A DNA stretch of 64,000 nucleotides, taken from NCBI GenBank assembly GCA_963836185.1, contig CAWIIQ010000001.1, forward strand, positions 1,344,001 to 1,408,000. The letters are read 5' to 3'. Position 1 is the first letter of the stretch. Each line of letters starts with the position of its first letter. The notes under the pieces are model-generated. The model saw only the letters and a list, made by a program, of their open reading frames with translations. It was not told the origin of the DNA and made no database searches. Origin of the DNA: Candidatus Krumholzibacteriia bacterium. GTDB lineage: Bacteria; Krumholzibacteriota; Krumholzibacteriia; Krumholzibacteriales; Krumholzibacteriaceae. Positions 30,702-40,172 of this stretch are shown one piece after another. A program made the translations under genes and the position numbers.

Positions 30702-30731
30702 ACGGGGCCGGTCCGGTTGGGCCGGCCCCGT
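30702..30731 (+). terminator. GC-rich hairpin after the peptidase gene
   Basis: ACGGGGCCGGTCC-GGTT-GGGCCGGCCCCGT. Confidence 0.55.
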
Positions 30732-30771
30732 AAATTATTCCAAAAAAAAGTGGTTATAGCCGAAAAAGGGC

Positions 30772-30800
30772 TTGATACTATTTTTACTATCTCTTATATT
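30772..30800 (+). promoter_or_regulatory. sigma70-like promoter of the kor operon
   Basis: TTGATA-17 nt-TATATT. Confidence 0.55.
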
Positions 30801-30884
30801 CTAATCCGCTTGCGGGAACGTGGCCGCAGCAATAATGTAAATCATTGTGTAACAATGTGATAGCCGGAACCGGAGAGGTTACAG

Positions 30885-31094
30885 ATGGCCGGGGAACAGT
30901 CGGCTTCAAAGAAGCCGGCGGTCATCACGGTGAACACTAGATGGTGTAAGGGCTGCGAGATCTGTGTCGCGTTCTGCCCCAAGGATTGCCTTGAGATGGT
31001 AGGCGGCAAGTGTGTAGCGGCCCGGCCGGACGACTGCATCAGGTGCATGCTCTGTGAGCTGCGCTGCCCGGATTTCGCTATTACGGTGGAATGA
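30885..31094 (+). CDS. korD: 2-oxoacid:ferredoxin oxidoreductase delta subunit (2x4Fe-4S)
   Basis: CKGCEICVAFCP and CIRCMLCELRCPDFAI. Confidence 0.85.
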   Translation: MAGEQSASKKPAVITVNTRWCKGCEICVAFCPKDCLEMVGGKCVAARPDDCIRCMLCELRCPDFAITVE

Positions 31095-31185
31095 GGACTC
31101 CTCTTCGGAGGGCCTCCTTTTTTTTTGCACCGGCGAACCGAGCGGAGAGGCCTATGGCTCCGCATATGCCAGGGGGAGAGACGTC

Positions 31186-32331
31186 TTGAGCAATGACCAT
31201 CCCGGCAAGGTCAGGATGATGCAGGGTAACCAGGCCTGCGCCGAAGGGGCCGTAGCAGCAGGCTGCCGTTTCTTCGCCGGTTATCCGATCACGCCCTCGT
31301 CGGAGATAGCAGAGAACCTGTCCGTGATGCTTCCTCGACTCGGGGGAAAGTTCATCCAGATGGAGGACGAGATCGGCGCAATGGGCGCGACGATTGGAGC
31401 CGCGCTGACCGGCATGAAATCGATGACGGCTACCTCCGGACCAGGATTCAGCCTCAAGCAGGAAAACATAGGCTACGCCAGCATGGCCGAGGTGCCGTGC
31501 GTCATCGTCAACGTGATGCGCGGCGGGCCGAGCACAGGCATGCCGACTCTCCCTGCGCAGATGGATGTCCAGCAGGCCAGGTGGGGCTCCCACGGTGACC
31601 GCGAGGTCATCGCCCTGACGGCCAAATCGGCACAGGAGACATACGAACAGACGATCCGTGCATTCAACCTCGCGGAAAAATATATGACACCGGTCATCCT
31701 TCTTATCGATGAGATCACCGGTCACACGACCGAGAAGGTCGTCATCCCCGACGCCTCCGAGATAGAGATAGTCGACAGGGTGAAACCGGATGGTGACCAG
31801 AAGAACTACCTCCCGTACAAGATCACCGATGACTGCATACCCGTCCTGGCTCCGTTCGGAACAGGGTACAGGTACCACGTGACGGGCCTCTGCCATAACG
31901 AGACGGGATTCCCGACAAACAATTCAGAAGAGATCTCGTGCCTTATAGAGAGGCTGTCGAGAAAGATAACGAACAACGTGGATGATATAATCATAAACAA
32001 CGAACAGATGCTCGATGACGCCGAGATCGGCATTTTCGCCTATGGCTCTGTCGCCAGGACGGCGCAGGCGGCAGTGCGCTTGTGCCGGGAAGAAGGGATA
32101 AAGGCAGGGCTCCTCGAGCCGACCGTCCTGTGGCCCTTCCCCGAGAAGGCAGTGATGAAGATGGCGCAGCAGGTCAAGTCGATCGTCGTCGCCGAGCTCA
32201 ACATGGGGCAGATGGCGAGAGAGGTCATGCTCGCCTGCCGGTGCAGCGTTCCTGTACACAAGCTCGGAAGGGTGGACGGACAGCCAATTCCGCCTCAGCA
32301 GCTTGTAGAGAAGATCAGGGAGGTGGTCTAG
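31186..32331 (+). CDS. korA: 2-oxoglutarate:ferredoxin oxidoreductase alpha
   Basis: GNQACAEG, AGYPITPS, QMEDEI, TATSGPGFSL, RGGPSTG; TTG start after GGGGGAG. Confidence 0.88.
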   Translation: MSNDHPGKVRMMQGNQACAEGAVAAGCRFFAGYPITPSSEIAENLSVMLPRLGGKFIQMEDEIGAMGATIGAALTGMKSMTATSGPGFSLKQENIGYASMAEVPCVIVNVMRGGPSTGMPTLPAQMDVQQARWGSHGDREVIALTAKSAQETYEQTIRAFNLAEKYMTPVILLIDEITGHTTEKVVIPDASEIEIVDRVKPDGDQKNYLPYKITDDCIPVLAPFGTGYRYHVTGLCHNETGFPTNNSEEISCLIERLSRKITNNVDDIIINNEQMLDDAEIGIFAYGSVARTAQAAVRLCREEGIKAGLLEPTVLWPFPEKAVMKMAQQVKSIVVAELNMGQMAREVMLACRCSVPVHKLGRVDGQPIPPQQLVEKIREVV

Positions 32332-33147
32332 ATGTTCGATTACCTCCAATATATAAGAGAGTGGAACTTCCCCCATATCTGGTGCGCCGGATGCGGGCAC
32401 GGAATAGTCCTCAAGTCGCTTCTGCGCACGATCGAAAAGCAGGGTATTTCCCAGGACGATACCGTCATGGTATCCGGTATCGGCTGCTCGAGCCGTACAC
32501 CGGGATATGTCGATATCAATACACTTCACACGACGCACGGGCGGGCGCTCGCCTTTGCGACCGGTGTGAAGATGGCCAATCCGGACCTCAAGGTGATCGT
32601 CATCACCGGCGACGGCGATGCTACAGCCATCGGCGGGAACCACTTCATCCACGCGGCGAGGCGCAATATCGACCTTACCGTTCTTCTCTATAACAACTAC
32701 ATCTACGGGATGACAGGCGGGCAGTGCTCTCCGACGACTCCCAAGGGAGCGAAGGCGTCGACGGCGCAGTACGGAAACCTCGAGCCGACATTCAATATCA
32801 GCGGCCTGGCCAAAGCAGCGGGCGCTGCGTTCGTCGCCAGGGGCGACGTTTACAATGTCAGGAGGCTCGATGGCCTTATCGAGAAGGCGATGGACAAGAA
32901 GGGCTTTTCTCTTGTCGAGGTCGTCTCTCCCTGTCCGACCGCTTTCGGGCGCAGGAACAAGATGGCCAGCCCCGTCAAACTGATGGAGCAGCTCCGCGAC
33001 AGTGTTGTCACTGTCGAGAAGTGGGAGAAGATGACCGACGAGGAGCGAGTGGGCCATTTCAGGACGGGCATCCTGCAGGATATCGAGAAGCCGGAGTACA
33101 CCGAGGTATACGCAGAGTTCATTGCGAAGCTGAAGGCGGATAAATAA
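32332..33147 (+). CDS. korB: 2-oxoglutarate:ferredoxin oxidoreductase beta
   Basis: WCAGCG, SGIGC, HTTHGR, GDGD..NN TPP motif, YGMTGGQ. Confidence 0.9.
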   Translation: MFDYLQYIREWNFPHIWCAGCGHGIVLKSLLRTIEKQGISQDDTVMVSGIGCSSRTPGYVDINTLHTTHGRALAFATGVKMANPDLKVIVITGDGDATAIGGNHFIHAARRNIDLTVLLYNNYIYGMTGGQCSPTTPKGAKASTAQYGNLEPTFNISGLAKAAGAAFVARGDVYNVRRLDGLIEKAMDKKGFSLVEVVSPCPTAFGRRNKMASPVKLMEQLRDSVVTVEKWEKMTDEERVGHFRTGILQDIEKPEYTEVYAEFIAKLKADK

Positions 33148-33695
33148 TGGATAGATACGATGTGAGGCTCGGTGGTTCGGGTGGTCAGGGACTTATCCTC
33201 GCCGGCAAGATACTCGCCGAGGCCGCCGCCATATATGACGGACATAACGCAGTCCAGACGCAGAGCTACGGCCCCGAGGCGAGGGGAGGATCAAGCAAGG
33301 CGGAGGTAGTCATCAAGGACGGGGAGATAGATTATCCCAAGGCGATGGACCTCGACCTGCTTCTATCCCTGACTCAGGAGTCGTGTACCAAGTTCAGCAA
33401 GGACCTCAAGGACGACGGCATCCTGATCATCGACAGTGAGATGGTCACGGAGCCGCCGGAGGGAAGCTTCAGGATATTTGCCGCGCCTATCACCAGCATA
33501 GCGGCGAAAAAGGTCGGCAAGGTCGTAGTGACGAATATCGTAGCTCTCGGTATCCTCACCAGGCTCTCCGGTATAGTCACCGAGGAATCGATGAGAAAAG
33601 CGATACTTGCCCGCGTTCCGAAAGGAACGGAAGAGGTCAACATGAAGGCCTTCGATGAGGGCTGGAAGGCCGCCGAAGAACTGCTCGCTGAATAA
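33147..33695 (+). CDS. korC: 2-oxoglutarate:ferredoxin oxidoreductase gamma
   Basis: GSGGQG, QSYGPEARGGSS, NIVALG. Confidence 0.88.
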   Translation: MDRYDVRLGGSGGQGLILAGKILAEAAAIYDGHNAVQTQSYGPEARGGSSKAEVVIKDGEIDYPKAMDLDLLLSLTQESCTKFSKDLKDDGILIIDSEMVTEPPEGSFRIFAAPITSIAAKKVGKVVVTNIVALGILTRLSGIVTEESMRKAILARVPKGTEEVNMKAFDEGWKAAEELLAE

Positions 33696-33799
33696 GGACC
33701 CAGGCCGGCCGTTACACCGGCCGGTTTAATATAAAGGACAGGGTAAGGCGCACGCCGTGCGTCATCAAAACACGGGGAAACCCGGGGAGGTTCGGTTCG

Positions 33800-35143
33800 A
33801 TGTCAGAGAAGATGACGAAGGAAGAACTGCTCGCCAAGTCCAAGCAGCCGGGAATCGACGCGATGAAGCTTCATCCGTTCTACAAGGGGAAGATCGCTTC
33901 CATGCCGAAATGCTGTATCAGGAACATCGATGATTTCGCGATATGGTACACGCCCGGCGTGGCCAAGCCGTGCCTCGATATCGCTGAGAATCCCGAGATG
34001 GTCTTCGAGCATACCAACAAGGCGAACTCGATCGCCGTCGTCTCTGACGGAACCCGCGTCCTCGGACTCGGCGACATCGGCCCCGAGGCGGCAATGCCTG
34101 TCATGGAGGGCAAGGCCCTGATCTTCAAGTACCTCGGTGGCGTCGATGCCACTCCCATCTGCCTTGACACTAAGGACCCCGACAAATTCATCGAGACAGT
34201 CAAGCTGCTGCAGCCCTCGTTCGGCGGCTTCAACCTCGAGGACATTTCACAGCCGAAATGCTTCCGTGTTCTCGATACGCTGCGGAAAGAGTGCCACGTA
34301 CCGGTATGGCACGATGACCAGCAGGGCACGGCGGCTGTTACCGTTGCCGGTCTTATCAACGCGGTCAAGATCGTCGACAAGAAGCTCAGCGAGGTAAAGG
34401 TCGCGATGCTCGGTGCGGGCGCCGCGAATATCTGCATCGCCAAGATGATCATCCTCGCCGGTGTCGAGCCGAAGAACATCGTCATGATGGACAGCAAGGG
34501 CATCCTCCACGAGAGCCGCGAGGCCGATCTGAAGGAGGCCTATGAGGAGAAGTGGGAGATGGCCCAGATCACGAACGGCGAGGGTCTCTCTGGCGGGCCG
34601 GAAGTCGCCATCAAGGGCGCCGACGTTCTCATCGCCCTCTCGAAGATCGGGCCGGACACGGTAAAGAAGGAATGGATCGCCTCGATGGCCGACGACTCGA
34701 TCGTGTTCGTCTGCGCCAACCCGATTCCCGAGATCTATCCCTGGGAGGCGAAAGAGGCCGGCGCGAGGATCGTCGCGACTGGCCGGAGCGATTTCCCCAA
34801 CCAGGTCAACAACTCTCTCGGATTCCCCGGTATCTTCCGCGGCACCCTCGACGTGATGGCCAAGACGATCACCGACGAGATGTGCGTTGCCGCAGCGGTC
34901 GAGCTGGCGAAGACAGCCGAGGACAACGGGATGCACGAGAACTACCTCGTTCCGACGATGGACGAGTGGGAAGTCTTCCCGCGCGAGGCCGCTGCGGTAG
35001 GCCGCAAGGCTATCGAGCAGGGTGTGGCGAGGCTTGATTTCACCTACGATGAGCTGTACAAGATGGCGGAGATGAAGATCAAGGCTGCCCGCGAAGCCTT
35101 CGATTCGCTTCAGAACAATGGATTCATCAAGATGCCCGAGTAG
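33800..35143 (+). CDS. NAD(P)-dependent malic enzyme
   Basis: YTPGVA, DGTRVLGLGDIG, VMEGKAL, NLEDI, HDDQQGT, ATGRSDFPNQVNN. Confidence 0.92.
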   Translation: MSEKMTKEELLAKSKQPGIDAMKLHPFYKGKIASMPKCCIRNIDDFAIWYTPGVAKPCLDIAENPEMVFEHTNKANSIAVVSDGTRVLGLGDIGPEAAMPVMEGKALIFKYLGGVDATPICLDTKDPDKFIETVKLLQPSFGGFNLEDISQPKCFRVLDTLRKECHVPVWHDDQQGTAAVTVAGLINAVKIVDKKLSEVKVAMLGAGAANICIAKMIILAGVEPKNIVMMDSKGILHESREADLKEAYEEKWEMAQITNGEGLSGGPEVAIKGADVLIALSKIGPDTVKKEWIASMADDSIVFVCANPIPEIYPWEAKEAGARIVATGRSDFPNQVNNSLGFPGIFRGTLDVMAKTITDEMCVAAAVELAKTAEDNGMHENYLVPTMDEWEVFPREAAAVGRKAIEQGVARLDFTYDELYKMAEMKIKAAREAFDSLQNNGFIKMPE

Positions 35144-35248
35144 TGAAACGGGTAAATGGAAAAGCCTTGAACGAACCAGGCGAATAAACGAAATGGAGGC
35201 TGTCCGGCTGTTTAGCCTGGCGGCCTCCATCACAAGAAGGAGGAGAGG

Positions 35249-36361
35249 ATGTACAAGATCGCGTGGCTGCCCGGCGACGGCGTCGGAAACGAGGTCATGG
35301 AAGCAGCAAAGCTGGTGCTCGACGCACTGAAGCTCGACGCCGAGTATATCCCCGGCGATATCGGCTGGGAGTTCTGGAAGAGCGAGGGGAATCCCCTTCC
35401 TGACAGGACGATCGATCTCTGTAACAACACCGATTGCGCCCTATTCGGCGCGATCACTTCGAAGCCGCGCGACGAAGCGCTCGAGGAGCTCGCTCCCGAA
35501 CTGCGCGACAAGGGCTTCGCATACTCGAGCCCGATCGTGGCCCTGAGACAGAAGTTCGATCTGGGCGTAAACCTCAGGCCGTGTAAGGCCTTCCCCGGTA
35601 ACCCGCTGAACTTCAAGGAAGGCATCGACCTTGCCGTGTTCAGGGAGAACACTGAGGGCCTTTACGTAGGCGTCGAGTTCAATCCGGTCGAGGATGACAT
35701 GAAGGCGTTCCTCGACAGCAAGCACAAGAAATTCCACCGCTTCGTCGATACTCCGGGCGAGGATATGGCGATAAGCATGAGAATCTTTACGCGCAAAGGC
35801 TGCGAGAGGATCGTTCGCGCCGCGTTCGAATACGCGAAGAAGACGAACAGGCCTACGGTCACGATCGTCGAGAAGCCCAACGTGATCAGGGAGACGAGCG
35901 GGATGATGATCCGCGTCGCCCGCGAAGTCGCCAAAGACTTCCCCGGCATCGAGCTGTGGGAGACCAACATCGACGCGATGTGCATGTGGCTCGTAAAGAA
36001 TCCCGGCGACTACAGCGTTCTGGTAGCTTCGAACATGTTCGGTGATATCATCTCCGACCTCGCCGCGCAGCTCGTCGGCGGACTCGGTTTCGCCTCTTCG
36101 GCGAACATCGGCGAAAAGTACGCCGTATTCGAGCCGACTCACGGAAGCGCGCCTAAGTACTACGGACAGTACAAGGTCAACCCGATGGCGATGCTGCTTA
36201 CCACGCGTCTGATGCTCGAGTGGCTCGGCGAGATGGACATGGCGGCAAAGCTCGAGAAGGGTGTTTCGAAGACGATCTCGGATGGGAAGATACGCACATA
36301 CGATATGGGCGGCTCGAACACCACCCTAGAGATCGCAGAGGAAGTCGTAAGGAACATGTAA
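35249..36361 (+). CDS. Isocitrate/isopropylmalate/homoisocitrate dehydrogenase family
   Basis: LPGDGVG, RENTEGLY, NMFGDIISD, FEPTHGSAP, TYDMGG. Confidence 0.9.
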   Translation: MYKIAWLPGDGVGNEVMEAAKLVLDALKLDAEYIPGDIGWEFWKSEGNPLPDRTIDLCNNTDCALFGAITSKPRDEALEELAPELRDKGFAYSSPIVALRQKFDLGVNLRPCKAFPGNPLNFKEGIDLAVFRENTEGLYVGVEFNPVEDDMKAFLDSKHKKFHRFVDTPGEDMAISMRIFTRKGCERIVRAAFEYAKKTNRPTVTIVEKPNVIRETSGMMIRVAREVAKDFPGIELWETNIDAMCMWLVKNPGDYSVLVASNMFGDIISDLAAQLVGGLGFASSANIGEKYAVFEPTHGSAPKYYGQYKVNPMAMLLTTRLMLEWLGEMDMAAKLEKGVSKTISDGKIRTYDMGGSNTTLEIAEEVVRNM

Positions 36362-36422
36362 CGGTTCAAACATGAGGGCTGGCCCGGCGGGCCGGCCCTC
36401 TTTCCGTTCAACGGGGGATCAG

Positions 36423-38330
36423 ATGGCAGGCAAGACTATTATCGAGAAGATCCTTTCCGCTCATGCGGGTAAGGAAGTTTCGGCCGGCGACGTAGTCTGG
36501 ATCGGGATCGACGTGCGCACGGCGAGGGACTTCGGCGGCGCAAGCGTCGTGAAGAACCTCAAGGAGAATTACGAGTCTCCCTGGATCGACGATCCGGCGA
36601 AGACCTGTTTCACCTTCGACTGTAACGTGCCGGCGAATACGACAGGGTACGCCGAGAACCAGCAGATATGCAGGGATTTCGCGAAGGAGACAGGCATCAG
36701 GGTTTACGACGTGAGAGCCGGTATCGGTTCGCATGTCGCGATGGAGCGCGGGTTGGCCAGGCCCGGCGAGATATTCGTCGGGACCGACAGCCACCTCAAC
36801 ATCATGGGAGCCGTCGGATGTTTCGGGCAGGGGATGGGCGACCGCGACATAGCTTACGTCTGGGGGTCCGGACGCAACTGGTTCGAAGTGCCCTCGTCTA
36901 TGAGAGTAGTCCTGGAAGGCTCGGTCGAGTATCCCGTCACGGCGAAAGATATTGCACTTGCCGTTATCAGCGAACTCGGTTCCGCCGGGGCACTCGGCAA
37001 GGTCATAGAGTTCTCAGGATCGGGTGCCGATTCTCTGAGTCTGTCAGGGCGTATAACGATTGCCAGCATGGCTACCGAGATGGGTGCTATTGCCGCCTTC
37101 CTTCCAGTCAGTGACGGGGTGGCGTCGTATATCGAAAAACGGTCAGGGGGAGGAAAGGTCGAGACAGTCACCGCCGATGTTGACGCCTCGTACGATTCCT
37201 CGATCACTATCGACCTCAACGGCCTCGAGCCTCTCGCTGCCTGTCCTTCCAGCCCATCGAACGTAAAAAAGATAAGCGAGGTTGCCGGTACGAAGATCGA
37301 CACCGCGATCATCGCCTCATGCACGAACGGCCGTTTCGAGGACATGGTACATGCCGCATCGATACTGAAGGGTAAGAGGATCAAGGACGGCACGAGCCTC
37401 AAGGTCGTCCCGGCGACAGAAGAGGTCTACGAAAGGATGCTCGAGGAAGGGATACTGAAGATATTCATTGCCGCCGGCGCACTGGTGACCAACCCGGGAT
37501 GCGGCGGTTGCGCTTCGGGACAGCTCGGAATGGTCGGCAAGGGCGAGATCCAGCTGAGCACCTCGAACAGAAACTTCGCCGGCAAGCAAGGGAAGGGCGA
37601 GACATACCTTGTCAGTCCAGCAGTCGCCGCGGCGTCGATCATCGCCGGTGAGATCACCTCTCCGGTCGGAATGGATATCGAACTGATCGATTTCGTTCCC
37701 GACGAGGAGTTCGACGGAGAACCAGCCCTGGAGGCTATCTCCTGGCTTGGCGAGGGAAAGGCATCTGGCAGGCCTGTACCGAAGTCCCACGCGGGCGAGA
37801 CCGTCGACTGTCCGAAGGTCCTGAAAGGCAGGGCGAGGATCATCACCGAACCTGACGGACGCCTGATGGACGACATCGACACCGACATGATCTTCCATAA
37901 CAAGTACCTCGCGATCACCGAGATCGCGAAGATGGGCAAGCATACATTCGAGACGCTCGACGGGTACGAGGAATTCGCGGCGAGCGTTGAGCCGGGCGAT
38001 ATCATCATCGCAGGCGGCAACTTCGGCTGCGGTTCATCGCGCCAGGCTGCCGTTGACTGTTTTATCCCTCTCGGTGTAAAACTCGTTATCACCGCTTCGA
38101 CCGGGGCGATATACAAGCGCAACATCATCAATTCGGGATTCCCCTTCCTCGAGGTTTCCGCTCTTCACGAGGCGGGAATAGAGGAGGGTATGGAGATCGA
38201 GATCGATTTCGAGAAGGGAACGATCACCCTGCCCGGCGGTAAGGTCATCGAAGCTGACAAACCTACCTCTGTTCAGCTCGATATCTGTCGTGCCGGCGGG
38301 CTTTTCGCCTATACGGGAGAGGAGGATTGA
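36423..38330 (+). CDS. Fused LeuC-LeuD type aconitase-family hydro-lyase
   Basis: DSH, SCTNGR, PGCGGC, STSNRNF, SPAVAAAS, then swivel domain DIDTD..NFGCGSSRQ..IYKRN. Confidence 0.85.
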   Translation: MAGKTIIEKILSAHAGKEVSAGDVVWIGIDVRTARDFGGASVVKNLKENYESPWIDDPAKTCFTFDCNVPANTTGYAENQQICRDFAKETGIRVYDVRAGIGSHVAMERGLARPGEIFVGTDSHLNIMGAVGCFGQGMGDRDIAYVWGSGRNWFEVPSSMRVVLEGSVEYPVTAKDIALAVISELGSAGALGKVIEFSGSGADSLSLSGRITIASMATEMGAIAAFLPVSDGVASYIEKRSGGGKVETVTADVDASYDSSITIDLNGLEPLAACPSSPSNVKKISEVAGTKIDTAIIASCTNGRFEDMVHAASILKGKRIKDGTSLKVVPATEEVYERMLEEGILKIFIAAGALVTNPGCGGCASGQLGMVGKGEIQLSTSNRNFAGKQGKGETYLVSPAVAAASIIAGEITSPVGMDIELIDFVPDEEFDGEPALEAISWLGEGKASGRPVPKSHAGETVDCPKVLKGRARIITEPDGRLMDDIDTDMIFHNKYLAITEIAKMGKHTFETLDGYEEFAASVEPGDIIIAGGNFGCGSSRQAAVDCFIPLGVKLVITASTGAIYKRNIINSGFPFLEVSALHEAGIEEGMEIEIDFEKGTITLPGGKVIEADKPTSVQLDICRAGGLFAYTGEED

Positions 38331-38331
38331 T

Positions 38332-39585
38332 ATGGGCGCTAACATGATCGAGAAGATCCTGGCGAGAGCTTCGGGGAACGTCGATGTCCATGTCGGGGAT
38401 ATCGTCTTCGCGAAACCTCACATGATACTCTCTCATGACAATTCGGCGGCGATCCTGAAGATCTTCGAGGGCCTCGGCGGGAAGAAGGTCTGGGACCCGG
38501 GCCGTGTCTTTATCGCCCTGGACCACGCCGTTCCACCCCCCGATCACAAGAAGGCGAACAATCACAAGATGATCCGTGAGTTCGTCGAGAAGAACGGCAT
38601 CACAAACTTTTTTGACTGCGGCTGTGGTATCTGCCACCAAGTCCTTCCCGAGGAGGGACTCGTAGAACCCGGAACGGTCATCTTCGGATCAGATTCGCAC
38701 ACAACGACGCACGGCGCGCTCGGGGCGGCCGGTATCCCGATCGGCAGGACCGAGACGGCAAGCGTCTGGGCACTCGGTGAGACATGGCTAAAGGTGCCGC
38801 CGACGATAAAATTCGTGCTGAATGGTGAGCTGCGCGAGGGAGTCGTGGCGAAAGACATAGTGCTCTATCTCATAGGGCAGATAACAGCTGACGGTGCGAC
38901 ATACAAAGCGGTCGAGTTCCACGGCCCCGTCGTCGAAAAGATGAGTATGGGCGGGAGGCTTACTCTCTGCAACATGGCGGCCGAGATGGGCGCCAAGGCG
39001 GGAATGGTACCTTTCGACGATGTCACGGCCGAGTTTCTCAAGGGAAGGCTGAGCGGTGATTTCGAGACGGGTAATCCCGACGATGACGCCGAATACGAAT
39101 CGATCCTCGCGATAGACTGCTCGATGATAGGCCCGCAGGTGGCGAGGCCCCACAAGGTCGACAATGTCGTCGCGGCGGCCGACCTCGAAGAGACGAAGAT
39201 CGATGTCGCGCTCCTCGGGACATGCACCAACGGAAGGCTCGAGGACCTGCACCAGGCTGCGGAGATCCTGAAAGGCAGGAAGATCGCTCCCGGGGTGAGG
39301 CTTCTGGTCTATCCCGCCTCGCGAGGTATCCTCGACGAGGCTAACCGTGACGGGACATCATCGATCCTGCTTGAAGCGGGAGCCCAGGTAGCGGTGCCGG
39401 CATGTGGCCCCTGTCTTGGAGCATACGGCGGAGTCCTTGCCCCCGGCGAGAACTGCGTCTCCACGGCTAACAGGAACTTCAAGGGACGGATGGGATGCAA
39501 GGAAGACACGGGAATCTACCTCGCCAGCCCGGCGACAGTAGCACTTTCCGCAATAGAAGGCAGGATAGTATCCCCGTACGTCTGA
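38332..39585 (+). CDS. 3-isopropylmalate dehydratase/homoaconitase large subunit
   Basis: SHDN, DHAVP, GICHQV, DSHT, TCTNGR, ACGPC, TANRNFKGRMG, ASPAT. Confidence 0.88.
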   Translation: MGANMIEKILARASGNVDVHVGDIVFAKPHMILSHDNSAAILKIFEGLGGKKVWDPGRVFIALDHAVPPPDHKKANNHKMIREFVEKNGITNFFDCGCGICHQVLPEEGLVEPGTVIFGSDSHTTTHGALGAAGIPIGRTETASVWALGETWLKVPPTIKFVLNGELREGVVAKDIVLYLIGQITADGATYKAVEFHGPVVEKMSMGGRLTLCNMAAEMGAKAGMVPFDDVTAEFLKGRLSGDFETGNPDDDAEYESILAIDCSMIGPQVARPHKVDNVVAAADLEETKIDVALLGTCTNGRLEDLHQAAEILKGRKIAPGVRLLVYPASRGILDEANRDGTSSILLEAGAQVAVPACGPCLGAYGGVLAPGENCVSTANRNFKGRMGCKEDTGIYLASPATVALSAIEGRIVSPYV

Positions 39586-39604
39586 CGGGAGGGAGGATAC
39601 CGAG

Positions 39605-40114
39605 ATGGAGATAAAAGGAAGAGTCTGGATCCTCGATGATGACGACATAAACACCGACGTCATCTATCCCGGCAAGTACACCTACGAGCTCTTCTCCAAC
39701 GAGGAGATGGCAAGTCACGCCATGGAGGATTTCGACCCCGAATTCGCCTCTAAAGTAGGTGAAGGTGACGTCATAATTGCCGGTAAAAACTTCGGTTGCG
39801 GCTCGTCACGCGAGCAGGCAGTGACCTGCCTGAAGTACTCCGGAGTAGGGGCGATAGTGGCAGCGTCGTACGCGAGGATCTACTACCGCAACGCGATCAA
39901 CCAGGCCCTCTACGCGATCGAATGCCCTGAGGCCTCGGACTACGCGAGAGCTCACAAGGACGAGCTTTCGGGGAGCGAGATCACACTCGATCCCGCTGAA
40001 GGCACGATGACGCTCGGCGGACAGGAGTTCAGCTTCTCGCCGATGTCTGGGAAGGCAAGGGAGATCTTCGACGCGGGCGGACTGGCCGAGTATACGAAGA
40101 AGAAGCTCGGTTAG
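39605..40114 (+). CDS. 3-isopropylmalate dehydratase/homoaconitase small subunit
   Basis: DINTDVIYPGKY, GKNFGCGSSREQA, ARIYYRNAIN, GGL. Confidence 0.88.
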   Translation: MEIKGRVWILDDDDINTDVIYPGKYTYELFSNEEMASHAMEDFDPEFASKVGEGDVIIAGKNFGCGSSREQAVTCLKYSGVGAIVAASYARIYYRNAINQALYAIECPEASDYARAHKDELSGSEITLDPAEGTMTLGGQEFSFSPMSGKAREIFDAGGLAEYTKKKLG

Positions 40115-40139
40115 GACCTGGAAAGCTGAGAATCAACGG

Positions 40140-40172
40140 GGCCGGCGGGGGATTTACTCCTGCCGGCCTTTT
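40140..40172. terminator. Terminator hairpin at a convergent junction
   Basis: GGCCGGCGGGG-GATTTA-CTCCTGCCGGCC plus T-run. Confidence 0.6.

Noticed and set aside
35193-35230. REP-like mobile palindromes (also near 33702 and 36374)
   Set aside because: The intergenic hairpins share no clear common sequence; probably ordinary mRNA stability or termination stems
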